Shown: piece by piece, positions 49,978-63,431 of the stretch
How positions within the stretch are numbered: the first letter of the stretch is position 1
How the letters are laid out: each line of letters opens with the position of its first letter
From: Torpedo marmorata
Taxonomy: Eukaryota
Reading direction: 5' to 3'
Assembly (NCBI GenBank): GCA_977017645.1
Contig: OZ360222.1
Location: 103,788,001 to 103,852,000, forward strand
DNA length: 64,000 nt
The notes under the pieces: model-generated
Database searches by the model: none
What the model was told of the DNA's origin: nothing
What the model saw: only the letters and a program-made list of their open reading frames with translations
Made by a program: the position numbers and the translations under genes

Positions 49978-51730
49978 CAGGCTGTAGAAAGATACTTTGT
50001 TGTATTTTTGCAAAAAGCTTTCAGTCTGGAGTTGCAAGAGGCTGGCACAACATAGCCAAATCCAGGCTTGTGCATCCCACGGGAAAAGGCTGGGAGAATA
50101 GCACATGGCCTGTATCAGCAAAATCCTGATTTAAATCAACTTTCGTGGAGAACAGGTGTGAGATCAGCGAGACCGGCTGTGAGATCCACGTATACGCCTC
50201 AATCAAAACTGATTTGGAATCGCAATCCTCGTGTACCTACCAAAAGGGAAAGTCATCAGGGAAGAAAATCAGGCCAAGCATTCGTAAGCTTAAACAGTTA
50301 TTGTCTCTCTCTCCAATATTCATTAAGAAGTCCTTCGTGCCAGCACACAGAGCTGAATTTTGACCCTGAACATAGAGTGATTTTGTGGGTTGTATTTTTG
50401 GGACTGACTTATTTTTATGACTGACCTGGGGGTTTTGGGGAAGGTTTTTAATTTTTACATGAGGGTTGGGCACAGACTTGTAATGGTCTGGGCTTTACAC
50501 ACACACATACTTTAGATAAGAATAGTGTTTATAGACGTTGATAGTGGGGTTAATTGTTAAGAAATTATATGTTTAATTGTCTTTAATAAATATACATTTC
50601 AATTTTTTCCCTTTTGCATTGCGTCTTCTGTCGTTGCTGGTTTGAATTTGTAACACTATAAAAATAAATAAATATTGTTTTGTACATTGTCTCGGATGTT
50701 TAGTGTGAGCAGTTCCTTTGGCCATTCAGCATTCTCACTGCCCATGGGAAGAAGCTGTTCCTCAGGCTGGTGGTGCTGGCTCTGATACTCCTGTATCTCT
50801 TCCCCGACGGGAGTAGCTGAAAGATGCTGTGTGCAGGGTGGAAGGGGTCCTCAATGATTTTGCGCGCCCTCTTCAGACAACGATCCCGGTAGATCACGTC
50901 GATGGGGATGGGGGGGGGGGGAAGACTCCAGTGATCCTCTCTGCCACTCTTATGGTCCTGTAGATTGACCTCTGATCCATTTCTCTGCAGCAAACATACC
51001 ACACTGTGATACAGCTGGCCAGGATGCTCTCGATGGAGCTCCTATAGAAGGTTGACATAATGATGGCCGGTAGCTTTGCCGCTTCAGTCTTCTCAGGAAG
51101 TGCAGTCGTGCCTTCCTGACAAGTGAGGAGATATTGAGTGTCCACGATAGGTCACTAGTTAAGTGAACTCCAAGGAAGTTGGTGCTCTCCACTCTTTCTA
51201 CTACAGAGTTGTTGATGTGTAGTGGGGTGGACTTTCCTGGTCCTCCTGACGTCCACGATCATCTCCTTCGTCTTGTCCACGTTGAAACTCAGGTTGTTAC
51301 TCTCGCACCATTTCACGAGATTTTCCACCTCTTCTCTGCAGTGCAACTCATCTTTGTTGCTGATGAGGCCAACTACTGTTGTGTCATCTGCAAACTTGAT
51401 GACACTATTGGAGCTGGATCTGGCAATGCAATCGTGGTCAGTTGCGTGAACAGGAGTGGGCTGAGCACAAATACCTGAGGCGCGCCAGTGCTCAGCGTGA
51501 CAGTGCTCGATATTGTGCTTTGATGCGTTCCATCAACAGACGCTCGAAGCATTTCATAATGGTGGAAGTCAGTGCCACAGGGCGGTAGTCATTGAGGCCT
51601 GTTATTGTCCCCCTCTTGGATACATGATGGTGGCTGTCTTGAACCCTGCGGGAACGATGGACTGCTGCAGTGAGGTGTTGAAGATGTCCATGAAGACCTC
51701 CGTCAATTGGTCTGCGCAGTGACGTTTTGA
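49665..51730 (-). mobile_element. Rex1/Babar LINE fragment split by solo LTR 3
   Basis: [41 protein letters not shown]; (CTTGA)n tail. Confidence 0.88.
49820..50655 (+). mobile_element. Solo LTR copy 3
   Basis: TGTTA...TAACA termini, TSD ctat, expanded (GA)n inside. Confidence 0.9.
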
Positions 51731-52076
51731 CGTTAGTGTGAAAGATTTCTTTATTTGCTGGATCTTGTGAACAAATTGGCTGATGGAATTTTTCAGATAA
51801 CAATACTTCAAAATAGCAAGATCAATTGTAAACTACTTTGGAGCAGCCCACAGTTCTGAAAATGTCTAATTAAATGAAGGATTTTCTTTCAAAAAACACT
51901 ACTGTTAAAGGATGAAACTTAAGAATGGAGTACTTCCTCAATATTGCATCAAAACATCAATTTTGATTAAGAACTTAAAACCCATGGGATATCTTCAATT
52001 ACAGGTAACTAGATGACCCAAAGAACACACAGCTAAGTATTAGTACAAGAGCTACAATTACAAATAAAATCCATAC

Positions 52077-52135
52077 CTTGCACGTTTCAGATCTCGCTTT
52101 CCAGGTAACAATATCCTCACACGAAATTCTTTGTC
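52077..52135 (-). CDS. FANCL: FANCL coding exon 2 (DKEFRVRILLPGKRDLKRAR)
   Basis: 59 bp, ttttcctag acceptor and gtatgg donor; matches FANCL F.(L/V)RI.LP...L..AR. Confidence 0.93.
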
Positions 52136-52814
52136 CTAGGAAAACAGAAAGGTTAAATTTATTACACAACCCATGCCATTCCAGTTGCAATTTTGTGAAT
52201 AGCAATAATTATATGATGTTCATGATTTTTTTGTTTCAATCTAAAGTTGTTGGAATAACACAAAGCCTCTCAGAGAATAGACCAATTTTTCACTGAAAAA
52301 TGACAGTGGTGGATAACTGCGTCCCCAACAGCGCTTCCCACTGCTAGCAGCATCAATGAGGCTATCACAACTCCTCGCGGTACTAACCTATGGCTCCAGC
52401 TCCCACACCAATAAAAACTATTCAGTAACAGTCCTTCAAGGGCTAGATACAGAGATACAAGAATATTGTTAGATCATTGTGATGATATACAAACATATGC
52501 ACCTGGACTTTGGTTTTGAAGATGACTACAGAAATGAAGGATTCTTTCAATGACAGTCAAGGCAATCTGACAGATATGTGATATTATGAAGAGTATGATA
52601 ACAAATGAGAGAAAAATATTTCCAGTAACAGAGATGGAAGTTAAAGTGAGCGCTTATTCACTCAAAAAAACACCAAATCACCAACAGATCACCATCAGAT
52701 TTTAAAACAAAGCGAGAATGCTTTTCTATACCAATGAGTGGTCACTTCTGCTGGTACTGTATTTAGAACCTGATGCAGTGACATGGCCAGCTCCTTTGAA
52801 ATTATTGTTGCAAG

Positions 52815-55372
52815 CGTCTACTCGTCAACTGAGGCTACAGTATATGGGTGGAGTTGAGGAATGGAAAAGTTATGACCACACTCATGAGGTTGTATTATAA
52901 ACTGCCCAATAGTCAACGAGAATTTGAGGAGCAAATATGTAGAGAGATAGCAGGCAGCTGCAGGAAGCATAAGGTTGTGATAGTAGATTTTAATTTTCCA
53001 CATATTGGCTGGGACTCCCATACTGTAAAAGGGTTGGATGGCTTGGAGTTTGTCAAATGTGTTCAGGAAAGTTTTCTATATCAATATATAGAGGTACCAA
53101 CTAGACAGAATGCAATACTGGATCTCCTTTTAGGGAACGAGACAGGACAGGTGACAGAAGTATGTGTCGGGGAACATTTTGGGTCCAGTGATCATAATGC
53201 CATTAGTTTCAAGATAATTATGGAGAATGATAGGTCTGGGCCTCGGGTTGAGATTCTAAATTGGAGAAAGGCTAATTTTGAGGAAATGAGAAAGGATCTA
53301 TAATGCACGGATAAGTTGTTTTCAGGCAAGAATGTGCGAGGTAAGTGGAGGACCTTCAAAGGTGAAATTTTGAGAGTACAGAGACTGTATGTTCCTGTCA
53401 GGATTAAAGGCAAAGTTAGCAGGCATAGGGAACCTTGGTTTTTGAGGGATATTGGGGATCTGGTTCAGAAGAGAGAGGTGTATAGCAGGTATAGGCAACA
53501 TGGAGCAAATGAGATACTTGAGGCGTATAAAAAATGCAAGAAAAACCTCAAGAAATCAGGAAGGCTAAAAAAAGACATGAGGTTGCTTTGGCAGACAATG
53601 TGAAGGAAAATCCTAAGGGTTTCTACAGGTATATTAAGAGCAAAAGGATAGTAGGGACAAAATTGGTCCCCTTGAAGATCAGAGCGGTCGGCTTTGTATG
53701 GAGCCAAGAGATGGGGGAGATCTTAAATTTTTTTTTTTCATCAGTATTCACTCAGGAAACAGGCACAGTCGTGGGAAGTAAGGAAAACAAGCAGTGAGGT
53801 CATTGAACCTATACAAATTAAGGAAGAGAAAGTACTTGCTGTCTTAAAGCAAATAAGGGTGGATAAATTCCCAGGGCTTGACAAGACATTCCCACAGACC
53901 TTGAGGGAGGCTAGTGTAGAAATTGCAGGGGCTCTGGCAGAAATATTTAAAATGTCCTTAGGCACGGGTGTGGTGCCGGAGGATTGGAGGGTAGCTCAAA
54001 TTGTTCCGTTGTTTAAAAAAGGCTCCAAAGGTAACCCTGGAAATTATAGGCTGGTGAGCCTGACGTCAGTAGTTGGTAAATTATTGGAAGGTGTTCTAAG
54101 AGACCGGATATACAATTATTTGGATAGACAGAAAATGATTAGGGATAGTCAACATGGCTTTGTGCGTGGTAGGTCGTGTTTAACAAATCTTGTAGAGTTT
54201 TTCGAGGAGGTTACCAGGAATGTTGGCTGTGGATGTTGTCTACATGGACTTTAGTAAGGCCATTGACAAGGTCACACATCGGAGGTTAGTCAAGAAGGTT
54301 CAGACACTAGGTATTCATGGTGAAGTAGTGAATGATTGCTTCTCAGACTGGAGGCCTGTGACTAGTGGTGTGCCTCACGGATCAGTGCTGGGACTATTGT
54401 TGTTTGTCATCTATATCAATGATTTGAATGATAATGTGGTAAATTGGATCAGCAAGTTTGCAGATGACACTAAGATTAGAGGTGTTGTGGACAGCAAAGA
54501 AGGTTTTCAAAGCTTGCAGAGGGATCTGGACCAGCTGGAAAAATGGGCTGAAAAATGGCAGATGGAATTTAATGCAGACAAGTGTGAGGTGTTGCATTTT
54601 GGAAGGACAAACCAAGAAAGGACATACACGGTGAATGGTAGGGTACTGAGGAGTGCAGTGGAACAGAGGGACCTGGGAATACAGATACATAATTCCCTGA
54701 AAGTGGCGTCACAGGCGGATAGGGTTGTAAAGAAAGCTTTTGGCATATTGGCCTTCATAAATCAAAGTATTGAGTACAGGAGTTGGGATGTTATGGTAAA
54801 GTTGTATAAGACATTGGTGAGGCCAAATTTGGAGTATTGTGTGCAGTTTTGGTCACCAAACTACAGGAAAGATATCAATAAGATAGAAAGAGTGTAGAGA
54901 AGATTTACTAGGATGTTGCCTGGACATCAGGAACTGAGTTACAGGGAAAGGTTAAACAGGTTAGGACTTTATTCCCTGGAGCGTAGAAGAATGAGGGGAG
55001 ATTTGATAGAGGTATTTAAAATTATGAGGGGGATAGGCAGAGTAAATGTAGATAGGCTTTTTCCACTGAGGGTAGGTGAGATACAAACCAGAGGACATGG
55101 GTTAAGCGTGAAATGGGAAAAGTATAGGGGGAACATGAGTGGGAACTTCGTCACAGAGAATGGTGGGAGCGTGGAATGAGCTGCCAGCTGAGATGGTGAA
55201 TGCAGGCTCAATTTTAACATTTAAGAAGAATTTGGACAGGTACATAAATGGGAGAGGAATGGAGGGCTATGGACTGGGTGCAGGTCAGTGGGACTAGGCA
55301 AAACAAATGGTTCGGCACAGACTAGAAGGGCCGAAGGGGCCTGTTTCTGTACTGTGTTCTATGGTTCTATGG
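52815..55372 (+). mobile_element. 5'-truncated CR1 LINE (APE end, RT, 3' tail)
   Basis: NYRLVSLTSVVGK, YMDFSKA, GVPHGSVLG, KFADDTK; tail gttctatggttctatgg. Confidence 0.93.
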
Positions 55373-55539
55373 AAAACATGGCAACAGTTCAATATTTAAG
55401 ATTCCTTTATTATCATGTCATCGTACAGAACATGTAATATTACACTAAATTGCCTTCTGCCTGCCGTAAAGCAGTCACCATTAGTGTCACCCGGTGCCCC
55501 TTACAGTAAGAGAGAAAGAGAAGCAAAAGAGACTTAGAT

Positions 55540-56740
55540 TTTGATTCCGTCCTGTCCCACCTGGAGAACGCCTCATATGCCAGGCTGCTGTTCATTGATT
55601 TCAGCTCGGCATTTAATACGATCATTCCCAGAGCCTCGTGGAGAAGCTGTCCTCACTGAGACTCAACACCACTCTCTGTAACTAGATTCTGGACTTCCTA
55701 ATGGAAAGACCACAGTCTGTCCGGTTGGCAGCAGAACGTCGGGCACCATCACACTGAGCACTGGCGCACCTCAGGGCTGTGTGCTCAGCCTGCTCTTGTT
55801 CATGCTACTGACCCACAACTGCAACGCCAGATCCAGCTCCAAGAGACATCAAGTTTGCAGATGATACAGCAGTAGTTGGGCTCATCAGCAACAACGATGA
55901 GTCGAAGTATAAAGAAGAGGTGGAAAATCTCATGAAATAGTGCGAGAATAACAACCTGAATCTCAATGTGGACAAGACAAAGGAGATGACTGTAGACTTC
56001 AGGAGGACCAGGGACGACCACCCTCCACTACTAATAGCTCGGTAGTGGAGAGAGTAGAGAGCACAGAGTTCCTCGGAGTCCACTTAAGAAGTGACCAATC
56101 CTGGACACACAACACCTCCTCACTTGTCAGGAAGGTGCAATAGCGACTGCACTTCCTGAGAAGACTGAAGCAGGCTATCAGCCACCACCCTGTCAACTTT
56201 CTACAGGAGCTCTATCGAGAGCGTCCTGGCCGGCTGTGTTTTACAGTTGCTGCAGAGCATCAGATCGTAGGTCAATCCACAGGACCATAAGAGCGGTAGA
56301 GAGGATTACTGGGGTCTCCCTCCCTCCACCCATCCATCCATCCCCACCATCGACGTGATTTACCAGGATCATTGTCTAAAGAGAGCTCGCAAAAAATCAG
56401 TGAGGACCCCTACCACCCCACACACAGCATCTTCCAGATACTCCTGTCGAGAAAAAGATGCAGGAGTATCACAGCCAGAACCACCAGGCTAAGAAACAGC
56501 TTCTTCCCATGAGCAATGAGATTACTAAACGACTGATGAACTGCTCATACAAACTATTCGTGACTCTACTATTTATTTAACAATAATAATTATTTATTTT
56601 AATATTTGCATACACGTACTGTACATATGGATCATTTGTCTGTATGTATGTTATGCCTGTACGTGTGTTTAACACCGAGGACCTGTGAATGCCATTTCGG
56701 TGGGTTGTACTTGTACAATCAGATGATAAATAAATGAAAA
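55540..56740 (+). mobile_element. Rex1/Babar LINE 3' part
   Basis: FIDFSSAFNTI, STGAPQGCVLS, KFADDT; 3' UTR similar to that at 49665-49800. Confidence 0.87.
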
Positions 56741-57256
56741 TTTACTGCACTAGATTTCTAGATTGCAATATGTGATTAGGGAAACATTTAAAGACAAATC
56801 TGTTCAGTTCCCAGAAATATTATCCACCAAGGGTCCTTGAACCAAACCCTGAGGCACTAAACTGGTCAGTTCTCCAGTCTGAAAAAGTGACCTCAAAAAC
56901 CACTCACTGACTCCAATCACAGAGACAATTTTTTTAAATCTACTTGGCTATTGGCCTCCTAACCTCCATAGCAACCTATCATGTGAGATCTTATCAAACA
57001 CTTTACTAAAATCCACATCAATAACATCAAGTCCCTTGCCCTCATCTACCCTCTTTGTCACCTCTTCAAAAAAAAAATGTCATCAGGTTCGTAAGACACA
57101 ATTTCCCACACACAAATCCATGCTGGCTCTTAATTTTCCTCGGCTATCCAAATGCTCATAGAAATGTCAGAATCCTCGCCAGCAGTTTCCCTACCAATGA
57201 CATCAGACTCACAGGTCCATAGTTACCTGGATTTCTCAACAGTCTTTTTTTAAATA

Positions 57257-58079
57257 CCGTATTTTACGGCATATAGAACCCCCCATTTTTAGCGTGAGAT
57301 TTCAGGAAAAAATTGTTTTCGTGTATTTACCTTCACAGCAGCAACACATCCTCCTGCCCGCCACACACCGAGGCTCCGGCTGCTTCCCCCCCACCGTCCA
57401 AATGCTAATTGATTGACAGGAGTGCCGGGACCATGGGCACGCAAATGTGGGAGGGAGAGAAGCCAGGACAACGGGCAGGGCCCAGGCCCATCATCGCGGG
57501 GAGCAGACGATCGATCGCTTGCTTTGAGGGGAGCACTGGGCCTTGGTGATCAGTCTCCACGCTGAGCCTTTGTTCAACGTGCTCGGCTCCCCGAACAGAT
57601 TGAATGAGGCGCGGGTGGCAGTGAGCGAGCGGGCGGCCTGTTGAGCTGAGCTTGACAGGCCGCTCGCTTACTGCCACCCGCCACCGCGCCTGATTCAATT
57701 TGCTCGAGGGTCCGAGCTCGTCGAACAAAGGCTGATCATCGAGGCCCAGCGCTCCCCTCAAAGCACTGTTGGTGAGAGCGAGCGGGCGGGGAGAGAGCGA
57801 GCGGGGAGAGCGAATGGGAGAGAGTGGGCGCAAGCGAACGGGCAGGGAGAGAGCGGGCGGGCGGGAAGGAGGGAGAGAGAGAGCCTTCTTACCGGGGGAA
57901 GTGAGCGGTGGCAACTCCGGAAAGTACGGGCCACCCAACGGAAGGTGGTCCGCGAAGCTGCGGGACCGCTTCCTGGACTCCACTCAGTGCCCAAAATGGA
58001 GGCACCAAAATGGCCAGGGTGGTTTTTGAGGCGATTTTTGGGGGAAAAAAATGGGGGTCTTATATGCCGTCAAATAGGG
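57257..58079. mobile_element. Second-family Passer-like non-autonomous element
   Basis: TIRs ccgtattttacggcatatag.acccc / ggggtcttatatgccgtcaaataggg; TA flanks; GC-rich interior. Confidence 0.8.
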
Positions 58080-58262
58080 TAACAGCTTCACATTTGCTAT
58101 CCTCCAATCCTGCAGAACTTCTCCTGTCCTCAGCGACGAGTTAAAAATGTCTGTCAAAGTCCCAACAATATCCTTCCTACCATCCCACAACATTCTCGGA
58201 TGCACTTGGTCTGGACCCAGAGATTTATCCACTTTGATACAATCAAAGACTGCTAACATCTA

Positions 58263-60285
58263 CAGTGCCCTCCATAATGTTTTGGACAAAGACACTTTTT
58301 TTTCTTTATTTGCCCCTGTGCTCCACAGTTTTAAATTTGTAATCAAACAATTCATATGTAATTAAAGTGCATATTCCAGTTTATTCAAGGTTATTTGTAT
58401 ACATTTTGGTTTGACCATGTAGAAATTACAGCACTTTTTAGACATAATCCCCTCATTTCAGGACACCATAATGTTTGGGACATTTGGCTTCACAGCTGTT
58501 TGTGAGTACTCAGGTATGTTTAATTGCTTCATTGGTCCAGGTTTAAGAGAGTAAGGCTTGCTTCTAAGCTTTAAATCACCTTTGGGGTCTGTAGTTGCCA
58601 TTTTGTGCCAGTGAAAGTCAAAAAAGCCATTATGAGGCTGAAAAACAAGAATAAAACAGTAAGAGACATCGCCCAAACCTTAGGATTACCAAAATCAACT
58701 GTTTGGAACATCATGAAGAAGAAAGAGCATACTGGTGAGCTCAGTAATCGCAAAGGGCCTGGTATTCCAAAGAAGACGTCCACTGCAGGTGACAGAAGAA
58801 TTCTCATCATAATGAAGAAAAATCCCCAAACGTATGTCAGACAGATCAGAAACAATCTTCAGGAGGCAGGTGTGGATATGTCAATGACTACTGTCCGCAG
58901 AAGATTTCATGAACAGAAATACAGAGGCTACACGGCAAGATGTAATCTACGGCAAAGTTTGAATGCTTTGGATCTTGGGCAGTTCCTTTACGCCTCCACA
59001 CTTTGCTCTTGCCATCACTCTGATACAGGTTAATCTTGGTCTCATCTGTCCACAAGACCTTTTTCCAGAATTCTGCAGGCTCTTTTAAATACTTCTTGGC
59101 AAACTATAATGTGCCTATCCTTGCTGTGGCTAACTGGTGGTTTGCATCTTGCAGTGTAGCCTCTGTATTCAACAGTTTGGAACATCATTAGGAAGAAAGA
59201 GTGTACTGGTGAGCTCAGTAATCGCAAAGGGACTGGTATTCCAAGGAAGCCCTCCACTACTGATGACAGAAGAATTCTCATCATAATGAAGAAAAATCCC
59301 CAAATGTATGTCTGACAGATCAGAAACACTCTTCAGGAGGCAGGTGTGGATATGTCAATGACCACTGTCCACAGAAAACTTCATGAACAGAAATACAGAG
59401 GCTACACTGCAAGATGCAAACCACCAGTTAACCACAGCAAGGATTGGAAGATTATAGTTTTCCAAGAAGTATTTAAAAGAGCTTGCAGAATTCTGGAAAA
59501 AGGCCTTGTGGACAGATGAGACCAAGATTAACCTGTATCAGGGTGATGGCAAGAGCAAAGTGTGGAGGCGCAAAGGAACCGCCCAAATCCAAAGCATTCA
59601 ACCTTTGCTATGGTTTGCATCTTGCCGTGTAGCCTCTGTATGTCTGTTCATGAAATCTTCTGCGGACAGTAGTCATTGACATATCCACACCTGCCTCCTG
59701 AAGAGTGTTTCTGATCAGACATACGTTTGGGGAGTTTCACCTGCAGTGGAAGTCTTCTTTGGAATACCAGGCCCTTTGCGATTACTGAGTTCACCATTCC
59801 GTTCTTTCATCTTCATGATGTTCCAAAATGTTGATTTTGGTAATCCTAAGGTTTGGGTGATGTCTCTTACTGTTTTATTCTTGTTTTTCAGCCTCATAAT
59901 GGCTTCTTTGACTTTCATTGGCACAACTCTGGTCCTCATGTTGAAAAATGGCAACTCCAGACTTCAAAGGTGATCAAAAGCTTAGAAGCAAGCCTAGCTC
60001 TCTTATACTTGGACCAATGAAGCAAATAAACATACCTGAGTTCTCACAAACACCTGTGAAGCCAAATGTCCCAAACATTATGGTGTCTGAAATGAGGGAA
60101 CCATGTATAAAAAGTGCTGTAATTTCTACATGGTCAAACCAAAATGTATACAAATAACCTTGAATAAACTCTGGAATGTACACTTTAATTTCATGTGAAT
60201 TGTTTGATTACAAATTTAAAACTGTGGAGCACAGGGGCAAATAAAGAAAAAAAGTATCTTTGTCCCAAACATTATGGAGGCACTG
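58263..60285. mobile_element. Fold-back Tc1 built from two left halves
   Basis: TIR cagtgccctccataatgtt / aacattatggaggcactg; TA flanks; transposase N-terminus (RDIAQTLGLPKSTVW) on both strands. Confidence 0.9.
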
Positions 60286-61179
60286 TATCTCTTCATTGCA
60301 TAATTCTGGGCTTTCTTCTCCAAGAGCAGTGAATCTGCGGAATTCTCTGCGTAAGGAAACAGTGGAGGCTGCCTATTTAAATGTATCAACAACAGAATTG
60401 GGGAATTTGGTTACCTCCCTCAACTTCCACTCCTGCTTATCCTGCCTTTCCTTCCCTTGAAGCTACTGGGAACATGTTTATCCTGGACCCTTAAAAGCCT
60501 CTCATTTGGCAGTTGCGCTTTTACACTCTAACGTTTACATCCAGGCAACAATTGTTAGCTACTGCCTAATCAGGTCGAAATTGGCCTTGCCCCAATTTAA
60601 GATTCTATCTTGAAGAACAATTATCTTTTTTCATAACTAACTTAAGGCTAAATGAATCGTGGTCACTGGTCCCAAAGTGTTCTCCTACCAATACCTCAGT
60701 TACCTGACCAGCTTCATTCCGTAGTAACCCTATCCACATGTTGCCGCATGTTCTCCTGGACCCACTTAATAAAGTTCATCCCATTCAATCTCTGAACACT
60801 TGGGCATTCCCAGTCAATGTTGGGGAAGGTGATATGATCAAGAATAACAGCTTTGCTATTTTTACAGACCTCAGCAATCTCCTAACATATTTCATCCTCT
60901 AGCTCCCAGTGACTATTTGGTGGCCTTAAGCATATACCCAACAAAGTGACTACTTTCAGTTCCTGATTTTCTTTCACTCTGCCTCATACGATAGTTTCCC
61001 TGTGATATCCTTCATCCTAACTCCTACCATTTATGTTGCAGGACCTCATCGCATTACGTTAAATCGCATCCAATTGGCATTAAATATTTTTGTACATTTT
61101 TATAGAAGTGCAAATAAATTTTGAAACATAGTAAAATAAGCAGTCTCATTTTGAAAAGAGCAGAAGATCACAGGAAGAT

Positions 61180-62730
61180 AGATTGGTCAAAATGGCTTTC
61201 GGCACAATGGCCTTCTTCAGTTGGAGTATTGAATATAGAAGTTGGGAGGCTTTGTTGCAGTTGTACAAGACATTGGTGAGACCCCATTTGGAGGGTTGTG
61301 TTCAGTTTTGGTCACTGTACTATAGGAAAGATGTTTTCAACCTGGAGAGATTACAGGACTCGGGAGGGGGGTGGGGGGGTGCTAAGCTATAGGAAGAGGT
61401 TGTGCAAGATAGGGGTTCATCCTTGGACTGCAGGAGGATGAGGGGTGACCTCACAGAGGTAGACAAAATCATGAAAGGAATAGTGAACACAGAAGGTCTT
61501 TTGCTCAGAGTAAGGGAATCAGTAACCAGATTTCAGATTTATTGTCAGAGTACATACATGACGTCACATACAACCCTAAGATTCTTTTTCCTGCGGGCGT
61601 GGCAGAATTACCACTAATTGGTAGTGCAAAAAAGTAAACTGTACACAGCGTAAACATGTGAACAATCAAAAGAACTGCTAACAGGTAACGAATGAAACTG
61701 AAAATGAAAATGAAACTGACTGTGCAATACAGAGACAGCAAAGAAAAATCAATAAAATGCACGAGTAAGAGTCCTTAAATGAGTCTGATTTGACTTTGTC
61801 GTTGAGGATTCTGATGGTAGAGGGGTAGCAGCTGTTCCTAAACTTGGTGGTCCGAGTCTTGTGGCACCTATACCTCTTTCCTGATGGCAGCAGCGAGAAC
61901 AGAGCGTGTGCTGGGTGGTGTGGGTCTTTGATGATTGCTGCTGCCCTCCGACGGCAGCGTTCCCTGTAGATGTACTCAATAGTGGGGAGGGTTTTGCCAG
62001 TAATGTCCTGGGCTGTGTCCACTACCTTTTGGAAGGCTTTATGCTCAGGGGTATTGGTGTTCCCATACCAGACCGTGATGCAGCTGGTCAGCATACTTTC
62101 CACCACATATCTGTAGAAATTTGCCAGGGTTTCTGGTGTCACACCAAACCTCTGCAAACTCCTGAGGAATTAGAGGCGCTGACATGCTTTCTTCACGATG
62201 CCATTGGTGTGTTGGGTCCAGGAACGATCCTCCGAGATAGTGACTCCCAAGAACCTAAATTTGCTCACCCCTGATCCCTCGATGATCACTGGATTGTATA
62301 CCTCTGGCTTTCCTTTCCTGAAGTCAACAATCAGGTCCTTAGTTTTGGTGACATTGAGTGCAAGGTTGTTGTTGGTGCACCATTCAGCCAGGTTTTCAAT
62401 CTCCATCCTGTCTGAATGGCATAGGTTTAAGGTGATGGGGGTGGGAGGGGGAAGAGATTTAACAGGAATCTGAGGTGCATTTTTTTTTAAATTTTATTTT
62501 TTTACTACACACAGAGTGGCGTGTGTTTGCATTTGGCTGCTGGAGGAAGTGGTTGAGGCACATACTATTGCAGTGTTTAAGAAAATTTTGACGGCTACAT
62601 GGACAGGGATGGGTTTAGAGGGATATGAGCCAAACACAGGCAAGTGGGCCTGGTGTGGGTGAGACATTTTGGTCGGCGTGGGTGGGTTAGGCTGAAGGGC
62701 CTGTTTCCACGCCATATGACTATGACTTTA
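61180..62730 (+). mobile_element. CR1 3' fragment interrupted by Rex1
   Basis: LYKTLVRPHLE..VQFWS; CR1 tail gctgaagggcctgtttcc at about 62690. Confidence 0.75.
61528..62410 (-). mobile_element. Rex1/Babar LINE 3' part
   Basis: LNVTKTKDLIVDFRK, CITVWYG, LLPSGKRYR. Confidence 0.88.
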
Positions 62731-63431
62731 TCAGAAAGATTTAGGGTTTCACAATGACCACAGCTTTAGAAATAGAGCAGAATGATAAAGCTGCTATTTT
62801 TTTAAAATGCAATATTTTATAAATAAAAGCAAAATCATAAAGTAAAGAGATGGTGGCTAAACAACAGAAATCTTTACTCAAAACCTAAGTTGGAGAAGTC
62901 TATTCTATTCTGAGCACCTACTTGAAGAATATTGTTATATCATTAGATCATAGATAACCTGAGCTTTGGTTTTGAGGATTGACAAAAGATAAAAGGCTTC
63001 TTTCAATGAAAGCAAGGCAATCAAATATATGTATGAAAATATGAATCTAGTAACATATGGGGAAAGAAAACATTTCTCTTTACCAATAAGCAAACAAGGC
63101 ACATGAAATTTAAGAACATCACCAAAACCATGAAGGAAGAAGTCACAGTGATTTTTTTTTTGTTAAATGCAGAAAAATAGAAGCTCCAACACAATCAAGA
63201 AGAAAAAGAGGCAGTAACTATTAGAAAAAGAAACGTACAAGAGGGTATGAAGGGTAGGAAAATGAGAGAAAGATAGCTCTATCATGCACAGTGGGCTGAA
63301 AGCTTCCCTTTGCCACAAAATTCTACATGGCAAGACTCAAACACCATTTTTAATTATAGCATTTCTCCTGCAGGAACATGCAAACCATAATGCATTTTCG
63401 TTATTAATGTTATTTATAAATCACACTGTAC

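Larger units (their letters stand above)
56850..60950 (-). mobile_element. Old CR1 fragments interrupted by two DNA transposons
   Basis: Minus-strand VDFSKVFDK, DWRIANV and GPDQVHPR remnants flanking the inserts. Confidence 0.65.

Noticed and set aside
57257-58079. CpG island as the FANCL promoter
   Set aside because: It lies downstream of the first coding exon and is bounded by TIRs.
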